Assembly (NCBI RefSeq): GCF_001194135.2
Contig: NC_068981.1
Span: forward strand, 160,908,427-160,947,990
Length of the DNA stretch: 39,564 bases
DNA from: Octopus bimaculoides
Taxonomy: Eukaryota
Direction of reading: 5' to 3'
Under the pieces are notes generated by a model, which was not told the origin of the DNA, did no database searches, and worked only from the letters and a program-made list of their open reading frames with translations. Both the position numbers and the translations under genes were made by a program. Positions within the stretch are counted from its first letter, which is position 1. The number at the start of each line of letters is the position of its first letter. Below are positions 21,846 to 32,924 of this stretch, in pieces.

Positions 21846-22299
21846 TATACCAGTGTATAATAAAAATAAATGAAAAATGGATTTATTAGTATTTAAAACA
21901 ATAGAACTATTGAAATAGACAAAGTCATCAGAAATTACTTCTGGAATTAATTAGAAGTGAGAGAGAAAAAAAAAATTTTACTGGCTCAATTATCTCTCCC
22001 TATCCTGTGCGTATATGTGAGTATGTGTGTGTGTGTATGTATGTGCATGTGTGTGTATGTGTGTGTGTGTGTGTACCATAGATAGAATATTAGATTATTG
22101 TCTGAGAAACAACAGGGGTTTCCTACTCGTACTTGTTAAAGTTATTTTCAAATATTCTCCTTCAGTTTTGAACCTCTATAACAAGTTGATTGTGCACATC
22201 TTTGCATTTCTTAAATGCATCCTTATTCTATTTCAGCTGTTATAAACTATAGCATAGGCCACTTCACATTTCGCAGCTTAATATCTTATAGCTCTGTAA

Positions 22300-22440
22300 T
22301 GTGGTTGGCATTAGGAAGGTGATCCAGTAGAAACCATGCCAAAGCTGACACTGGAACTCAGTGTAACTCTGGATCTTGTCAAGCTTTCCAACCCATGCCA
22401 GAATGGAAAGCAGACATTAAATGATGATGCTGATGATGAT
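22300..22440 (+). mobile_element. Old family A 3' portion
   Basis: GTGGTTGGCATTAGGAAGG...CCAACCCATGCCAGAATGGAAAGCAGACATTAAATGATGATG. Confidence 0.75.
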
Positions 22441-23195
22441 CTCTCCCTCCTCTCTCTCTCTCTCTCACATGGCTGTTGAGGTGTTTTTCAATGGAACATA
22501 ACACTACAGCTCTGAAGTATAATATGTTATTATAATAATGTTGCAAACATTATTATGCCTCAGCGAAAAAGAAGAAAGTATGATTTAAATTCGCTTTGTG
22601 TATATATTCGTGTGTGGTGCGTGCTGATATATATAAAACTGTGTGTATGGTTTTTCTAGAATTAAAATTAAGTGGATACACACAGTGGGGAGTGAGTCTG
22701 ACTTTTGGTAAGTATAGTAACAACTTTGGACATATTTCGGTCTTACTAGACCTCCTCAGCAAATTATAGCCTAACACATAAATACCAGGTCTTAGACTGA
22801 CTGAGAGGATATAGCTTTTATATTAGGATTAATCAGTGTCATTTAAAATAATGATATTGGAAAATTTACCAAGAATGCCTTATGCATGAAGAATACATAA
22901 TTAGGTGCAGACTAATATACTTAATGTAGTGACTCATGGTGTACTCTAATTCTAATCTCAACTCTAACCCTAATCCTACTCAAACACAATCTAGTACAAA
23001 TTATAGGATATCTGTGCAAATATACTTGAATTTGGAAGACTGAACATCCAGAAAAAAGAGAGATGAAGTGTCTAATAATCTAATTTTCAAGTCTTATAGA
23101 AAATGAAAAAAGAAAAAAGAAAAAAGGAAAAGAGGGCACTGGGGAGAGTATTTTCTTGATGTACTAAAAGTTTGGCTTTTATCTCTTTCTTCCAG

Positions 23196-23293
23196 GTGGA
23201 AAGATTGTCTGAGACTGTGTGAAGCTCTTGGCACCAAAAATAATTGGGAGGTTGTAGCAGAAGCAGCTCTAAGAAACCTTGAAATTGATGAAG
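23196..23293 (+). CDS. WDR19: WDR19 exon 7 of window (98 nt, phase 2-1)
   Basis: Strong pyrimidine tract and CCAG acceptor, GTACTG donor; (R)WKDCLRLCEALGTKNNWEVVAEAALRNLEIDE(A) vs human [34 protein letters not shown]. Confidence 0.9.
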
Positions 23294-23334
23294 GTACTGT
23301 ACTTTTTTGGTCATCCCTATTTCTTTCCGTTTAT

Positions 23335-23635
23335 TACTTAGTTTGTTGTCTGTTGTTGTTAGCGATGGCCAGGGACATCACAGTGGAAAAGATGGGTTAC
23401 AGTGTGTCTGGCTGTGGCTGATCAGTCTGATGCGTGCTTTGATGGCCCTGCTGCAGGTCAGGAACTGATGGTCTGCTGGGGCTGAAAGCAAAGAGTTGGC
23501 TCTGGACTTGTGCTGTTCATGTTTGCTTTCTGTCTTTGCAATCCTGTTATGTTCATGGCAGGTGGCGCCTCTGTTGGTGCAGCTTTGATAGTCAGGCCGG
23601 TCTTTTTCCTAACATGCCTTTCCAGGCCTAAATTC
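23335..23635 (-). mobile_element. RTE (BovB/RTE-1-like) LINE 3' end
   Basis: - strand ...EKDRPDYQSCTNRGATCHEHNRIAKTESKHEQHKSRA...HQFLTCSRAIKARIRLISHSQTH (decayed CCHH finger) followed by an (ACA)-rich tail. Confidence 0.7.
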
Positions 23636-24384
23636 TATATATTAACACATTTTAGCTTAACTTTCTTCTTTAATATGACTTCATATGTTTCAAGAACATA
23701 CAGATAAAAGCATAGTGTAACAGTAAGCTAATAATGCTCAAACTGCTAGAAACAGCAATCAAGTCTCTTTCATATCACATCCTATCATTTTAAAAAGGTA
23801 GGACTCCACTACCTCATGGCCACACATGTTTTTCGTGGCAAACTGAAAATGAACAACATTGTATAATGCTGATGCTCATTTACAAGGGTACACACGCACA
23901 CACACACACACACACACGTGCACCTCCACCACAGTACCTTGAGAGTATGTCCTGACACATCTTCACCACCATCTCTCTGCATCACCTTCCCTCCCTTTAT
24001 TTCTCTTAGTCTGTTTCTACATAATTATTCTCCCTATATTTTTACTTTAGTTCTTTACACTGTTTTAACCATTACAGCTAAAGGCTATGTGTGAGCACTA
24101 TCAACAGAGTTGAATATTCTGTCTTTTGTGTCATCTCTGTGTCTTCTTTTTTTTCCCATTTTTATAGCATGTGTGTCATCTCTGATGTATCAGTCTATGA
24201 ATTGATGGAGGCTGCTCTATTTGGACTGTGTGTAACATTTTCATAAGATGGCTGCTTGAGGATACTAGACAGAAACTTATTTGGATTCTTTTTAAAAATT
24301 TTGGGGAAAACCTTTGGTCAAATTTCATAAACTTTTTGGGAGGCAATTGTAGAATTGCTGGTTATTAAATGTCTGTGTAGTAGC

Positions 24385-24680
24385 AAATGACTGTTGCTAT
24401 GCTGGGGCACCATATTGAAGGGCTTAGTTGAACAAATCAACTCCAGTACTTATTTTTTTAAGCCTGGTACTTATTCTAACAGTCTCTTTTGCTGAGTCAC
24501 TAAGTTGCAGGGACATAAACCAGCACTGGTTGTCGAACAGTGCGGACACACACTCACACATATATATATGATAGGCTTCCATACAGTTTCCCTCTACCAA
24601 ATTCACTCACAAGGCATTGGATGGCCTAGGTGCTGCATAGTGGAACTGAACTCAAAACCACGTGGTTGCAAAGTCAGTTA
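24385..24680 (-). mobile_element. Old family B SINE
   Basis: GTACTTATTC..TCTTTTGCTGAGTCACTAAGT..CCAGCACTGGTTGTC..CACTCACAAGGC motifs. Confidence 0.65.
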
Positions 24681-25071
24681 CTTAAGCTGGAAACTTTTTT
24701 AATATTTATTACGAACTGTTTATTGCCATGTCAAACGTGTACAACTGAACCGTTGCCATTTACATTTGTTAATACTAATCCATTGTCGTAGCAGACCTTT
24801 ATAATAACCCAACCAGTGTCACATCAAGTCTTATGATTAAATCAACCAATGTCATGTTGTATGTCTGTTATAACCAAACTTGGCCAATATGATTGTCTTT
24901 AATGAGAGACAAATACAATAACCAAAAACTGTACTATTAATTGAACATGCATCAATGGCCTAGCGGATAAAAATGTTAATGCTATTAGTTTAGGAATAGA
25001 GTTACTTGTTTGAATTCAGACTGGTACACAGGAATAAAACACTTGATGACAGGTCAAACCCTAAGGTAAAT

Positions 25072-25222
25072 ATTTATTTCTTTATTGCCCACAGAGGGCT
25101 AAACATAGAGGGGAAAAACAAGGATAGACAAAGGTATTAAGTCGATTACATCGACCACAGTGCATAACTGATACTTATTTAATTGACTCCGAAAGGATGA
25201 AAGGCAAAGTTAACTTCGACAG
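25072..25222 (-). mobile_element. Family D SINE, 5'-truncated
   Basis: Reverse complement of 20190-20340. Confidence 0.85.
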
Positions 25223-25355
25223 AACTCCCTAATGCAAATATTAAACATAATATTTATATCTATATTTTCAGATGATTGACCTCTAGAGATGGAGTTAATA
25301 GCTTAAATTATATTATGTATGTAAATGCATGAATAAACGGTAAATTTTTAAGCAC

Positions 25356-25509
25356 TCTCTGAGTGGTTGGCGTTAGGAAGGGCATCCAGCTGTAGAAACT
25401 CTGCCAAATCAGACTGGAGCCTGGTGTTGCCATCCGGTTTCACCAGTCCTCAGTCAAATCGTCCAACCCATGCTAGCATGGAAAGCGGACGTTAAACGAT
25501 GATGATGAT
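25356..25509 (+). mobile_element. Young family A 3' portion
   Basis: About 5 mismatches in ~150 nt to the reverse complement of 39264-39428 by manual comparison. Confidence 0.9.
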
Positions 25510-25526
25510 AGGATGTCAGTCTATCA

Positions 25527-26017
25527 TCTAATATAATAAATGTGAATATCAGTGTGTCACACTTTTCAAACTTTGCTCCTAAAGGGCGTAGCCTAACGTA
25601 TCATACTATTTTGGAATCAGGCTGACTCCATGAGTAAATTTAAATCATTCTGAGCTGAATCCAGACCCACAGTCCTGAAATTTTGGATTCTGAAGTTTTC
25701 ATTACTGTAATTGTTTTCGGTAATTTATTTACGTAACCTTTTGTGACGAATTTTTTTGTTCGATAACGATTTTTAAAACCTGGAAATAAATTTTGGGAAT
25801 AATCAAAATTAATTGTGAAATCCAGCAATAATTTTTGGTGATTTTTTTTTTATGTGATTTTTTTTTTATGTGATTTTTTTTTGGTGATTTTTTTTGCAAC
25901 AAACATGATCATCATTGGGATATGACTCTGGAGGAAGCAAATGCAACAAATTCTCCAAAACAAGTCAGAGATCTGTTTGCAGATCTTCCTATTCAGGGTC
26001 AGTAGATTAAAAGCTAG
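25527..26017 (+). mobile_element. Second, highly deleted Helitron derivative
   Basis: A|TCTAATATAATAAATG 5' end; HWDMTLEEANATNSPKQVRDLFA RepHel remnant at ~25914-25982; candidate CTAG|T at 26014-26018 with no clear hairpin. Confidence 0.55.
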
Positions 26018-26622
26018 TATGTAATATTCCTAGATAATCTGGTACCTATTTCAGACAGTTGGTTGACCTAAGGTAGTGCCCCAAAGCAAAACACAATATA
26101 TGTAGTGGATTTGACCTCACATCATATCAGATAAATCAAATAGTCAAATGCCTTGTGCACTCAACCCTCACTTGTGAATATGGGATGATGGTAGAGCATT
26201 ATCATGAGGGGGTGCTAGAAGATATACACTATAGAAGTAATTATATGGTGAGGCTCAAGCAGTCTATAAAAATTCCATATTGCAGGCCTTTTCAAGCCAT
26301 GCTATCATGGTAAAAAGATGTTAAATTGTTGGTGCTGATGTTTGTGGTATTGATGGTGGTGGTATTGATAAGAGTGATAGAGATGGTATTGGCAGTGTTG
26401 CTAAGGATGTTGATTATGACAATGTTGTTGAGGAATGTGCAGTGGAGAAAGAGGACAATCAAAAGGAACTCTCTTATGTAGAAGTTATGAAAGTCAAATT
26501 AAGCCATGAGTAAGAAGAGCAAAAAGAATTTAAATGCTTGTAATTGTGCTGTTAGATGAATGAAATGGTTAAGAGTTAAAAGCTGACCAGTTCTCACATC
26601 CAATATCATCTGTCTATTGAAG

Positions 26623-26684
26623 CTATTGCGATCTATCGACAAATCAAATGCCCTGCTATGGTGAGGGATCTGAAGGAAATTGGG
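26623..26684 (+). CDS. WDR19: WDR19 exon 8 of window (62 nt, phase 1-0)
   Basis: TTGAAG acceptor, GTAAGA donor; (A)IAIYRQIKCPAMVRDLKEIG vs human [21 protein letters not shown]. Confidence 0.85.
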
Positions 26685-27359
26685 GTAAGAATTTTGCTAC
26701 TTCAATCGTTGCTTAATGTCAAATGTCATATTGATTTGTTATATTATATTGAATGCTACCTAACATGATTATCAAAGAATCTGTATGTGAAAGCATGTCG
26801 AACGTTTGCAACATATTAATAATGTATTTATGATGCTAAACCTTACAGATCATATTATGTAGAAAGGAATAAGACAAATAGGCAATATGCTGTATGGCAG
26901 ATATATCCTAAATTGAAGGTGATGATGAAAGTGCACTTAACTATATTTAGTCTTGATTAGAATTTGTCAGAACTATGCCTATAAACATTCAATATGAGCA
27001 ATGAGGGGAAACTTTGCATGGTTGTTAACCTGTTCAAAATATATCAAATCTCCCTCAAACCACATCCTATCATCTTTTGAAAAATAGAAGAATACACTGG
27101 ATAATGTAGGATTAGATACATTATGTCAAGAAAGAAAAAAAAAAGAACGATAGGATGATTATAGCTGAAGTACTTTTGATTAATAGTTTGCTAAATAGGG
27201 TTGGCCTGGTGATAAATAACACTGCCAACAGAAACAGTTACTATATGTTAAGAGCTTGTTTATTGACAGCTCAGAGTTACATGTAGAAAGTCATGGGATG
27301 ACATACAATTTTACTTGAAATCAATTATAAATTGTTGCCTTAACACAGGCTGATTCTCC

Positions 27360-27830
27360 TGACATGCCACTTTGAACACGCATAGTTGGAAGGGACCTTG
27401 ATGCAGCTGGCTTCCCATCTCAACTGGAGCCAGAAGGTCTTGACTGAGAGAATGGTAAGTGTGAGGACAGAATAACCCTCTTCCCATTTGAGAGAGGCAG
27501 ATTCCTAGTCTGGGACATGATGTGCAGTGACACATCCTCCAGCTCCAACCTTGCTGTGTTGGCTGCAAACCTGACATCATCACCTGTAATGCAGAAGAGA
27601 GAAAAATCAATAAATATAGGGGCCTCACTAGCCACTATCAGTTTATATCAGTCGCCGTCAAGACCCTGAGTGTTCTTGGATCCCACAATACTGATTTCCT
27701 CTGCAAAACTGAGATAACAGTGGCCCATCTGAGAAATTAGCCCCACGAGGTGGAATGGCTGCTGCAGTGAGTGTCACTGGCCATTCTCTGTGGCAACATC
27801 ATCACAATCATGTCTGTGGGGTGTGACTGA
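27360..27830 (+). mobile_element. CRE/SLACS-like non-LTR retrotransposon, restriction-like endonuclease domain relic
   Basis: With frameshifts and stops: HATLN..IVGRDLDAAGFPSQLEPEGLD*ENGKCEDRITLFPFERGRFLVWDMMCSDT...AEERKINKYRGL..HYQFISVAVKTLSVLG...EVEWLLQ*VSLAILCGN. Confidence 0.75.
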
Positions 27831-29025
27831 GCACATCCTTTCTCTGGGGTGTGTGGCCCATTGTCCCCTCTCCCCCCATCTGCTGCTTAACCCCTTTTGT
27901 TCTTTTCTTTTTTTCTTTTTCACTTTCTTTGTTTCTTTGTATTTAGATGTTATAATTTGAAATGTAATCAGTTGACTTAAAATAAAAATTTGTCGTATAG
28001 GTTAGAAAAAAAAAATGCATTATTATTATTCTGCACCAGCAAGACTAAATATTTTTGTAAACATATTTCTATGGTATATCAAATAGTCTTTAACTTACTA
28101 ACCTATTTTCTATATTGACAAAGGTCTTTTTTGGGGAAGGAAAATAACATGTTCATACTTTTCCACAAATAGTCAGTGTGGTGTTATACTAAGATATGTC
28201 ATAGCAGGTATGATCTTCAACCTGTATTGATACAGTAGTATCTTATAGATATATAAGATAAGAATCAGTAACAACTGAATGCATAAGTATGGGAACAGTG
28301 TACCACTTTCTCTTTAGTATTAAAGCAATTAAAAGTTGAAGGATGTCGCTTGCAAAATATTTTACACATAGAAAGCACAGCAAAATGACAAACAGTTCTT
28401 TACAGAAAGGTGGAAAATCATGTGCTTGTTGACCTATTAGATCTCTTATTAGCTATGTGTACCTTTCACTCTATATTCGGTAAATCACTCTATATTCGGC
28501 AATCTGATCTGTTGGAATACTACTTAGCTGGTAATTGTACAGAAAAGTTTCTGATGAGGAACCAGAGCTATGTACTGATGTTGAACCAATGAGAGAAGCC
28601 TCTATGTTCTTGCTTGACCTTGATAGAAGTAGTTGTCAAATCCACCTCAAATCACTCACTCTACTGTTGTTTGTAGAGAAGATAATGCAATCCTAGATAC
28701 ACAATTACTGCATGAAAAAATCCTCAGAAAGACAAGAAAATCAAGGACAAAATACCGTTGATCATATGTCTGCTTGATCAAGGTTGATCTGGAGCTAAAC
28801 AACAGCAACATCAACTACTCTGATGAATTGCTGTACCAGACAGAACTTTATAATACAGATTTCATATAAGTGCATAAATGATTTTAATGTTTAAGAAATA
28901 TTAGGATTAGAAAAGACTGCAATTGGAAAATAAAACTCCCCAAAATATTGACATCCACTGTAGCATTTAGATATAAATGTTTAAACATGTATTGAAGCAT
29001 TATTTATGTATTTATTTAATCATAG

Positions 29026-29136
29026 AAAACTGAGGAATGGAATCTATTAATTGGTTATGTTGCCATGATTCTGAAAGAGTTCAATTTGGCACAAGAATCG
29101 TTCCTGTCATCCTCTCAACCAAAAGAAGCTTTAGAG
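29026..29136 (+). CDS. WDR19: WDR19 exon 9 of window (111 nt, phase 0-0)
   Basis: CATAG acceptor, GTAAAA donor; KTEEWNLLIGYVAMILKEFNLAQESFLSSSQPKEALE vs human [37 protein letters not shown]. Confidence 0.95.
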
Positions 29137-29240
29137 GTAAAATCCTTTCCCTAAATCGATGTTTCTATGAGAATTTCTGTGCTTTTTTATTCCTAATTCC
29201 TAACATTCTGGACTTTACTCTTGCTTTTTTTTCAGAATTT

Positions 29241-29372
29241 AATATTCCTTTCTACTCTAAGCACAAGGCCTGAAATTTTGGGAGAAGAGGCCAGTCAATT
29301 AGATTAACCCCAGTATGCAACTGGTACTTAATTTATTGACCACGAAAGGATGAAAGGCAGAGTTGACCTTAG
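29241..29372 (-). mobile_element. Family D-related SINE 3' portion whose tail equals the 1-768 minisatellite unit
   Basis: Reverse complement reads ...CTCCCAAAATTTCAGGCCTTGTGCTTAGAGTAGAAAGGAATATT, downstream of the GCCTTTCATCCTTTC..AAGTACCAG domain. Confidence 0.8.
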
Positions 29373-29693
29373 CAGAGAACTTAATATTAAAACAATATTT
29401 AATGGTTTCTTCTTTGGAGTGGATTTACTTAGTCTGTTTGGAGGTTGATATTTTGATAAAGTATCTGGTTAATGGTCAACAATGTTGATATTTCAAGACT
29501 GCATCACTTTAACTTAAGATTTTTAACAACAGAAATTGTGGGAGTGTCTAGCACTATTGTATGTAGAAAATTTGGATTTCTGATTATTTATTACAACAAC
29601 AATGATTGAGATTAATGTTGTTCAAAAAAAGCAAGACAATGTTAACACATTGATCTAGTTGCAGCTGTTGCTGCTATTTTTATGTGGTAATCA

Positions 29694-29823
29694 GAAAGAG
29701 AGAGAGAGTGAGAGAGAGCGAGAGAGTGAGAGAGAGCAAGAGAGTGAGAGAGAGGAAGGGAGGGAGGGAGGGAGAGAGAGGGAGAGAGAGAGGGAGAGGG
29801 GAGAGAGAGAGAGAGTAGTGGAC

Positions 29824-29877
<54 letters not shown>

Positions 29878-29882
29878 TGGAC

Positions 29883-29916
<34 letters not shown>

Positions 29917-29958
29917 TGGACATGAGAGAGAGAGAGAGAGAGAGAGTAGTGGACATGA
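29694..29958. repeat. (GA)n tract with four GTAGTGGACATGA inserts
   Basis: 13-mer starts at 29815, 29874, 29913 and 29946. Confidence 0.95.
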
Positions 29959-29959
29959 T

Positions 29960-30345
29960 CTTTTCAGGTCTGTCCAGGCTATCAGTTGGAACTTCCATAA
30001 GTTGATGTCTAAGGGAAAAAAATGTAGGCAAGTTAGAATTCTACATGGTTGCATTTCTGGAGAGGAAAGATTGGATTACATGTTTGATGTTGGGGTAGGA
30101 GGGGTTCAAAGAAAGGAGAGAGATGTAGGATGGCTATAAGCCATTGTAATAGAAATATTAAGGATAGAATGAAGAAACTGTCGGTGAACTTTTGATTAAA
30201 GTATGTTGGTGATTGAATCTTTGGAGATCAGTCAAATGGCCTTCTTTTAGATGCAGTTTAGATGTTTAGGTATAAATCATTATCACTATCTCATTGATGT
30301 GGACAGTATTCTAACATGGATCTTTATCTACAGGGCTTAGAAAAG
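29960..30345 (-). mobile_element. Degraded CR1/L2-group LINE 3' fragment
   Basis: - strand RSMLEYCPH...LNCI*KKAI*LI...SRNATM*NSNLPTFFPLDINLWKF resembles RP.LEYC.HIW...LDRIQKKAIRLI...SRT..LWN.LP..FP...NL..FK. Confidence 0.6.
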
Positions 30346-30439
30346 CTGCAGAACTGCTGCAATAAGTATGTAAGTCTGAGAGGGAAATATGTTTTATAAA
30401 ATCATAATTAACTGATCCTCCTGTATTTTATTTTACCCA

Positions 30440-31400
30440 AAGCCAGGAACTTTTCAGTACCCTCTCGTAGATAAATGTAACCTGTTTAACAGAGGGGATA
30501 CTGCAAAAGGTTCATATGGCTTTAAAGATCACTGACTAATTAACAAAGCAATAAATGAAGACTGCAGAAAGAAAAAGAAGGGTCTGAGCGTTGTATAATA
30601 AATTGGCTACAAGAAAACTTTTGACAGTATTATCCACTTGTGGAATCACTAGTCATGAGTAGAGTTGCACCTGTAATAAAGAGATAGATGAAACATGTCA
30701 TGAGGAAATGACATGAAGTTACAGACCACCGAATGAATTATAAAAAACTAAACCTTGCTTCATTAGAAGAGGAATCTATCAAAGGGACTCACTCTTTTCA
30801 CTCTTTTTCTCTTATCACTTCTTCCTTTACTTTGTCATGTTCAACAGAATTGGACTTGGATACAAATGCTATGGCAAGATAATCAACCACCTTTTGTATA
30901 TGAAGTTGTATGCTGCAAACAATAAACAATGAGAAACACTACTGCAGATAGTACACAGACTCACCAAAGGAATCAGCTTGAGATTTGGCTTAGTAAACTG
31001 TGCCCAGGTGACCTTGAAGAAAGGAAAATTATTTAAGAACATTAATATCATATTTGATAAGGAAACTGAGATAAAAGAATCAGATCACAAAACATAGAAA
31101 TACTTCGGAATCAATACACTAGGTTAAAAAAAGTGAAAGATCATAGACTTTTGCAATTCCATGTTATAGAGTGGGTTTGTCAGAGTGATGGAAAGATTGT
31201 GAAAAACAAAGGTGACAATCGTTCCTATAATAATTGATGCACTTGGCACAACATCCAAACTGCTATCAAAGGTGAAGGATATTGGAATTGAGGCATGTAT
31301 TAACAGCATGCAGAAATGTATCATCTATATGCTGCAAGAATCCTAAGAAAGATTCTTGACATTTGTGAAGTCTTGTTGTCACCAAACCTCATGGTAACAT
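30440..31400 (+). mobile_element. Degraded R4/Dong-like non-LTR retrotransposon (RT plus C-terminal endonuclease remnants)
   Basis: LINKAINEDCRKKKKGLS, YKKTFDSIIHLW, RGIYQRDSL, INHLLYM-KLYA, FGLVNCAQVTLKKGK, KVTIVPIIIDALGT, ARILRKILD; many stops and deletions. Confidence 0.8.
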
Positions 31401-31494
31401 CCCTGCTAATTAAATTAGCATGTAATAGCTTTTGAATAATAATTGTTTCAGAAATTTAGTGGGAGGGAAATTGCTGATTAAACAGATCCCAATA

Positions 31495-31620
31495 CTTGAT
31501 TGATACTTTATTTTATCAAATTCAGATGGATGTAAAAGCTGACCTTGGTTGGATTTGAAATCAGAGCCTGAAGGTCCACAACTATAAGCATTTTTTTATA
31601 TGTCAAAAACCTTACAGTGA
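31495..31620 (-). mobile_element. Old family D-like SINE remnant
   Basis: GATACTTTATTTTATC..GGATGTAAAAGCTGACCTTGGTTGGATTTGAAATCAGAGC. Confidence 0.5.
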
Positions 31621-31803
31621 TGTCAAAATGAAAAACAATATCTATATGATAGTATATATTTTTTCTTGTGACCTCTTCATCATCATTGACAAATGTAATA
31701 TACATCACTACATGTTATCTTAGAATTATTTTTGCTTTAGCCAATAACTTATTTATGTAAATTTAAGTAAATTATAAAAGTCATCAATCCTGTTTCTTCA
31801 TAG

Positions 31804-32039
31804 ATGCGAAAAGATCTTTTACAATGGGATAGTGCTCTCCAGCTTGCTAAAGTTTTAGATCCGGAAAGTATTCCATTCATTTCTTTGGAGTCAGCTGAAG
31901 AATTGGAACTCACTGGGAAATACATGGAAGCCCTTAACCATTATGAACAAGGTATTACCAATCAGAAAGAAGATGAACACAATAAAACCTGTGCTGGAGG
32001 TACAGCCCGCATGGCCATTAGAACTGGCGATATCAGGCG
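31804..32039 (+). CDS. WDR19: WDR19 exon 10 of window (236 nt, phase 0-2)
   Basis: CATAG acceptor, GTAAGT donor at 32040; [29 protein letters not shown]...[10 protein letters not shown]...[13 protein letters not shown](R) vs human [29 protein letters not shown]...ALAHYEKGIT...GVAQMSIRMGDIRR. Confidence 0.97.
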
Positions 32040-32924
32040 GTAAGTATTGAGAAATTTGGATCCTTTGCTGAGAGAAGAGGAGTGATGTGTGTGTGTGTGT
32101 GTGGGGGGGGGGGGGGAGTCAGAAGAAACCTTGAAAAGTGGGTCAGAGTATATTTTGTTTATAAAGTTAGGTAAAGTAAAGGTAACTTGGAAAAATATTT
32201 AGGTATAAATCACAAATACAAAGATTAGCATATTCTAGTGAAAGAAAGAGTTGAAATTTTATGTACAATAAATGGCTGACATAAGTTGGTGGGTGGCAAA
32301 TAATATTAGATATGGTTTTGTGTGTGTTCCTTTTGTAGTTTCTGAACAAAATGATAACATACGCATACATAGACTATGTATGTATGTGTAATCTGTTAAC
32401 TTGGGGAAAGAGAAAAAAAACCAAGAAAGCAGGTGAAGGGAAAATTATTAAAAGAAAAAAAAGAAGGTAAAAGAAAACTAAAGATAAAAACAAAGGACTA
32501 ACACATAAGAAATAAATTGTTCAATATTTAATGGTTTCATTTTCAGTATGATGATTTTTAAAACAAATTAAAAACAGCAGCATAATATATAATAAATGGT
32601 ACATTGAAATTTTAAAAAATGTTTTTCAAACAAAAATATCTATTTCATAAAATTCCAGTTTTGTATTCTATAAAGCAACTGATGTAGAAAAAAAAAATTG
32701 ATTTCCATTGAGAAAAAGCTGAGAAGCAAGTAAAAAGAAAAAAAATAGTTATTCTGGAAACTGTTTCAGTTTCATAGGTTCCAAACACCAGCATGATATA
32801 GAAATTAAAAAAATAACTACACGAAAAACAACAAAAAAGAAATGATGTTTTACTAAATGCTTCTTAATTCTTTATTGCTTTTAAAATTGATAGAAACATG
32901 AATGTAATGTATTGTATTCAGCAT

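Noticed and set aside
28406-28592. Candidate exon KVENHVLVDLLDLLLAM resembling [8 protein letters not shown]..LAM
   Set aside because: Wrong phase for the preceding donor; 29026-29136 matches far better.
30334-30369. Exon-like segment CAG|GLEKLQNCCNKY|GTAAGT
   Set aside because: No place for it in the WDR19 alignment; it lies at the end of the antisense CR1/L2 relic.
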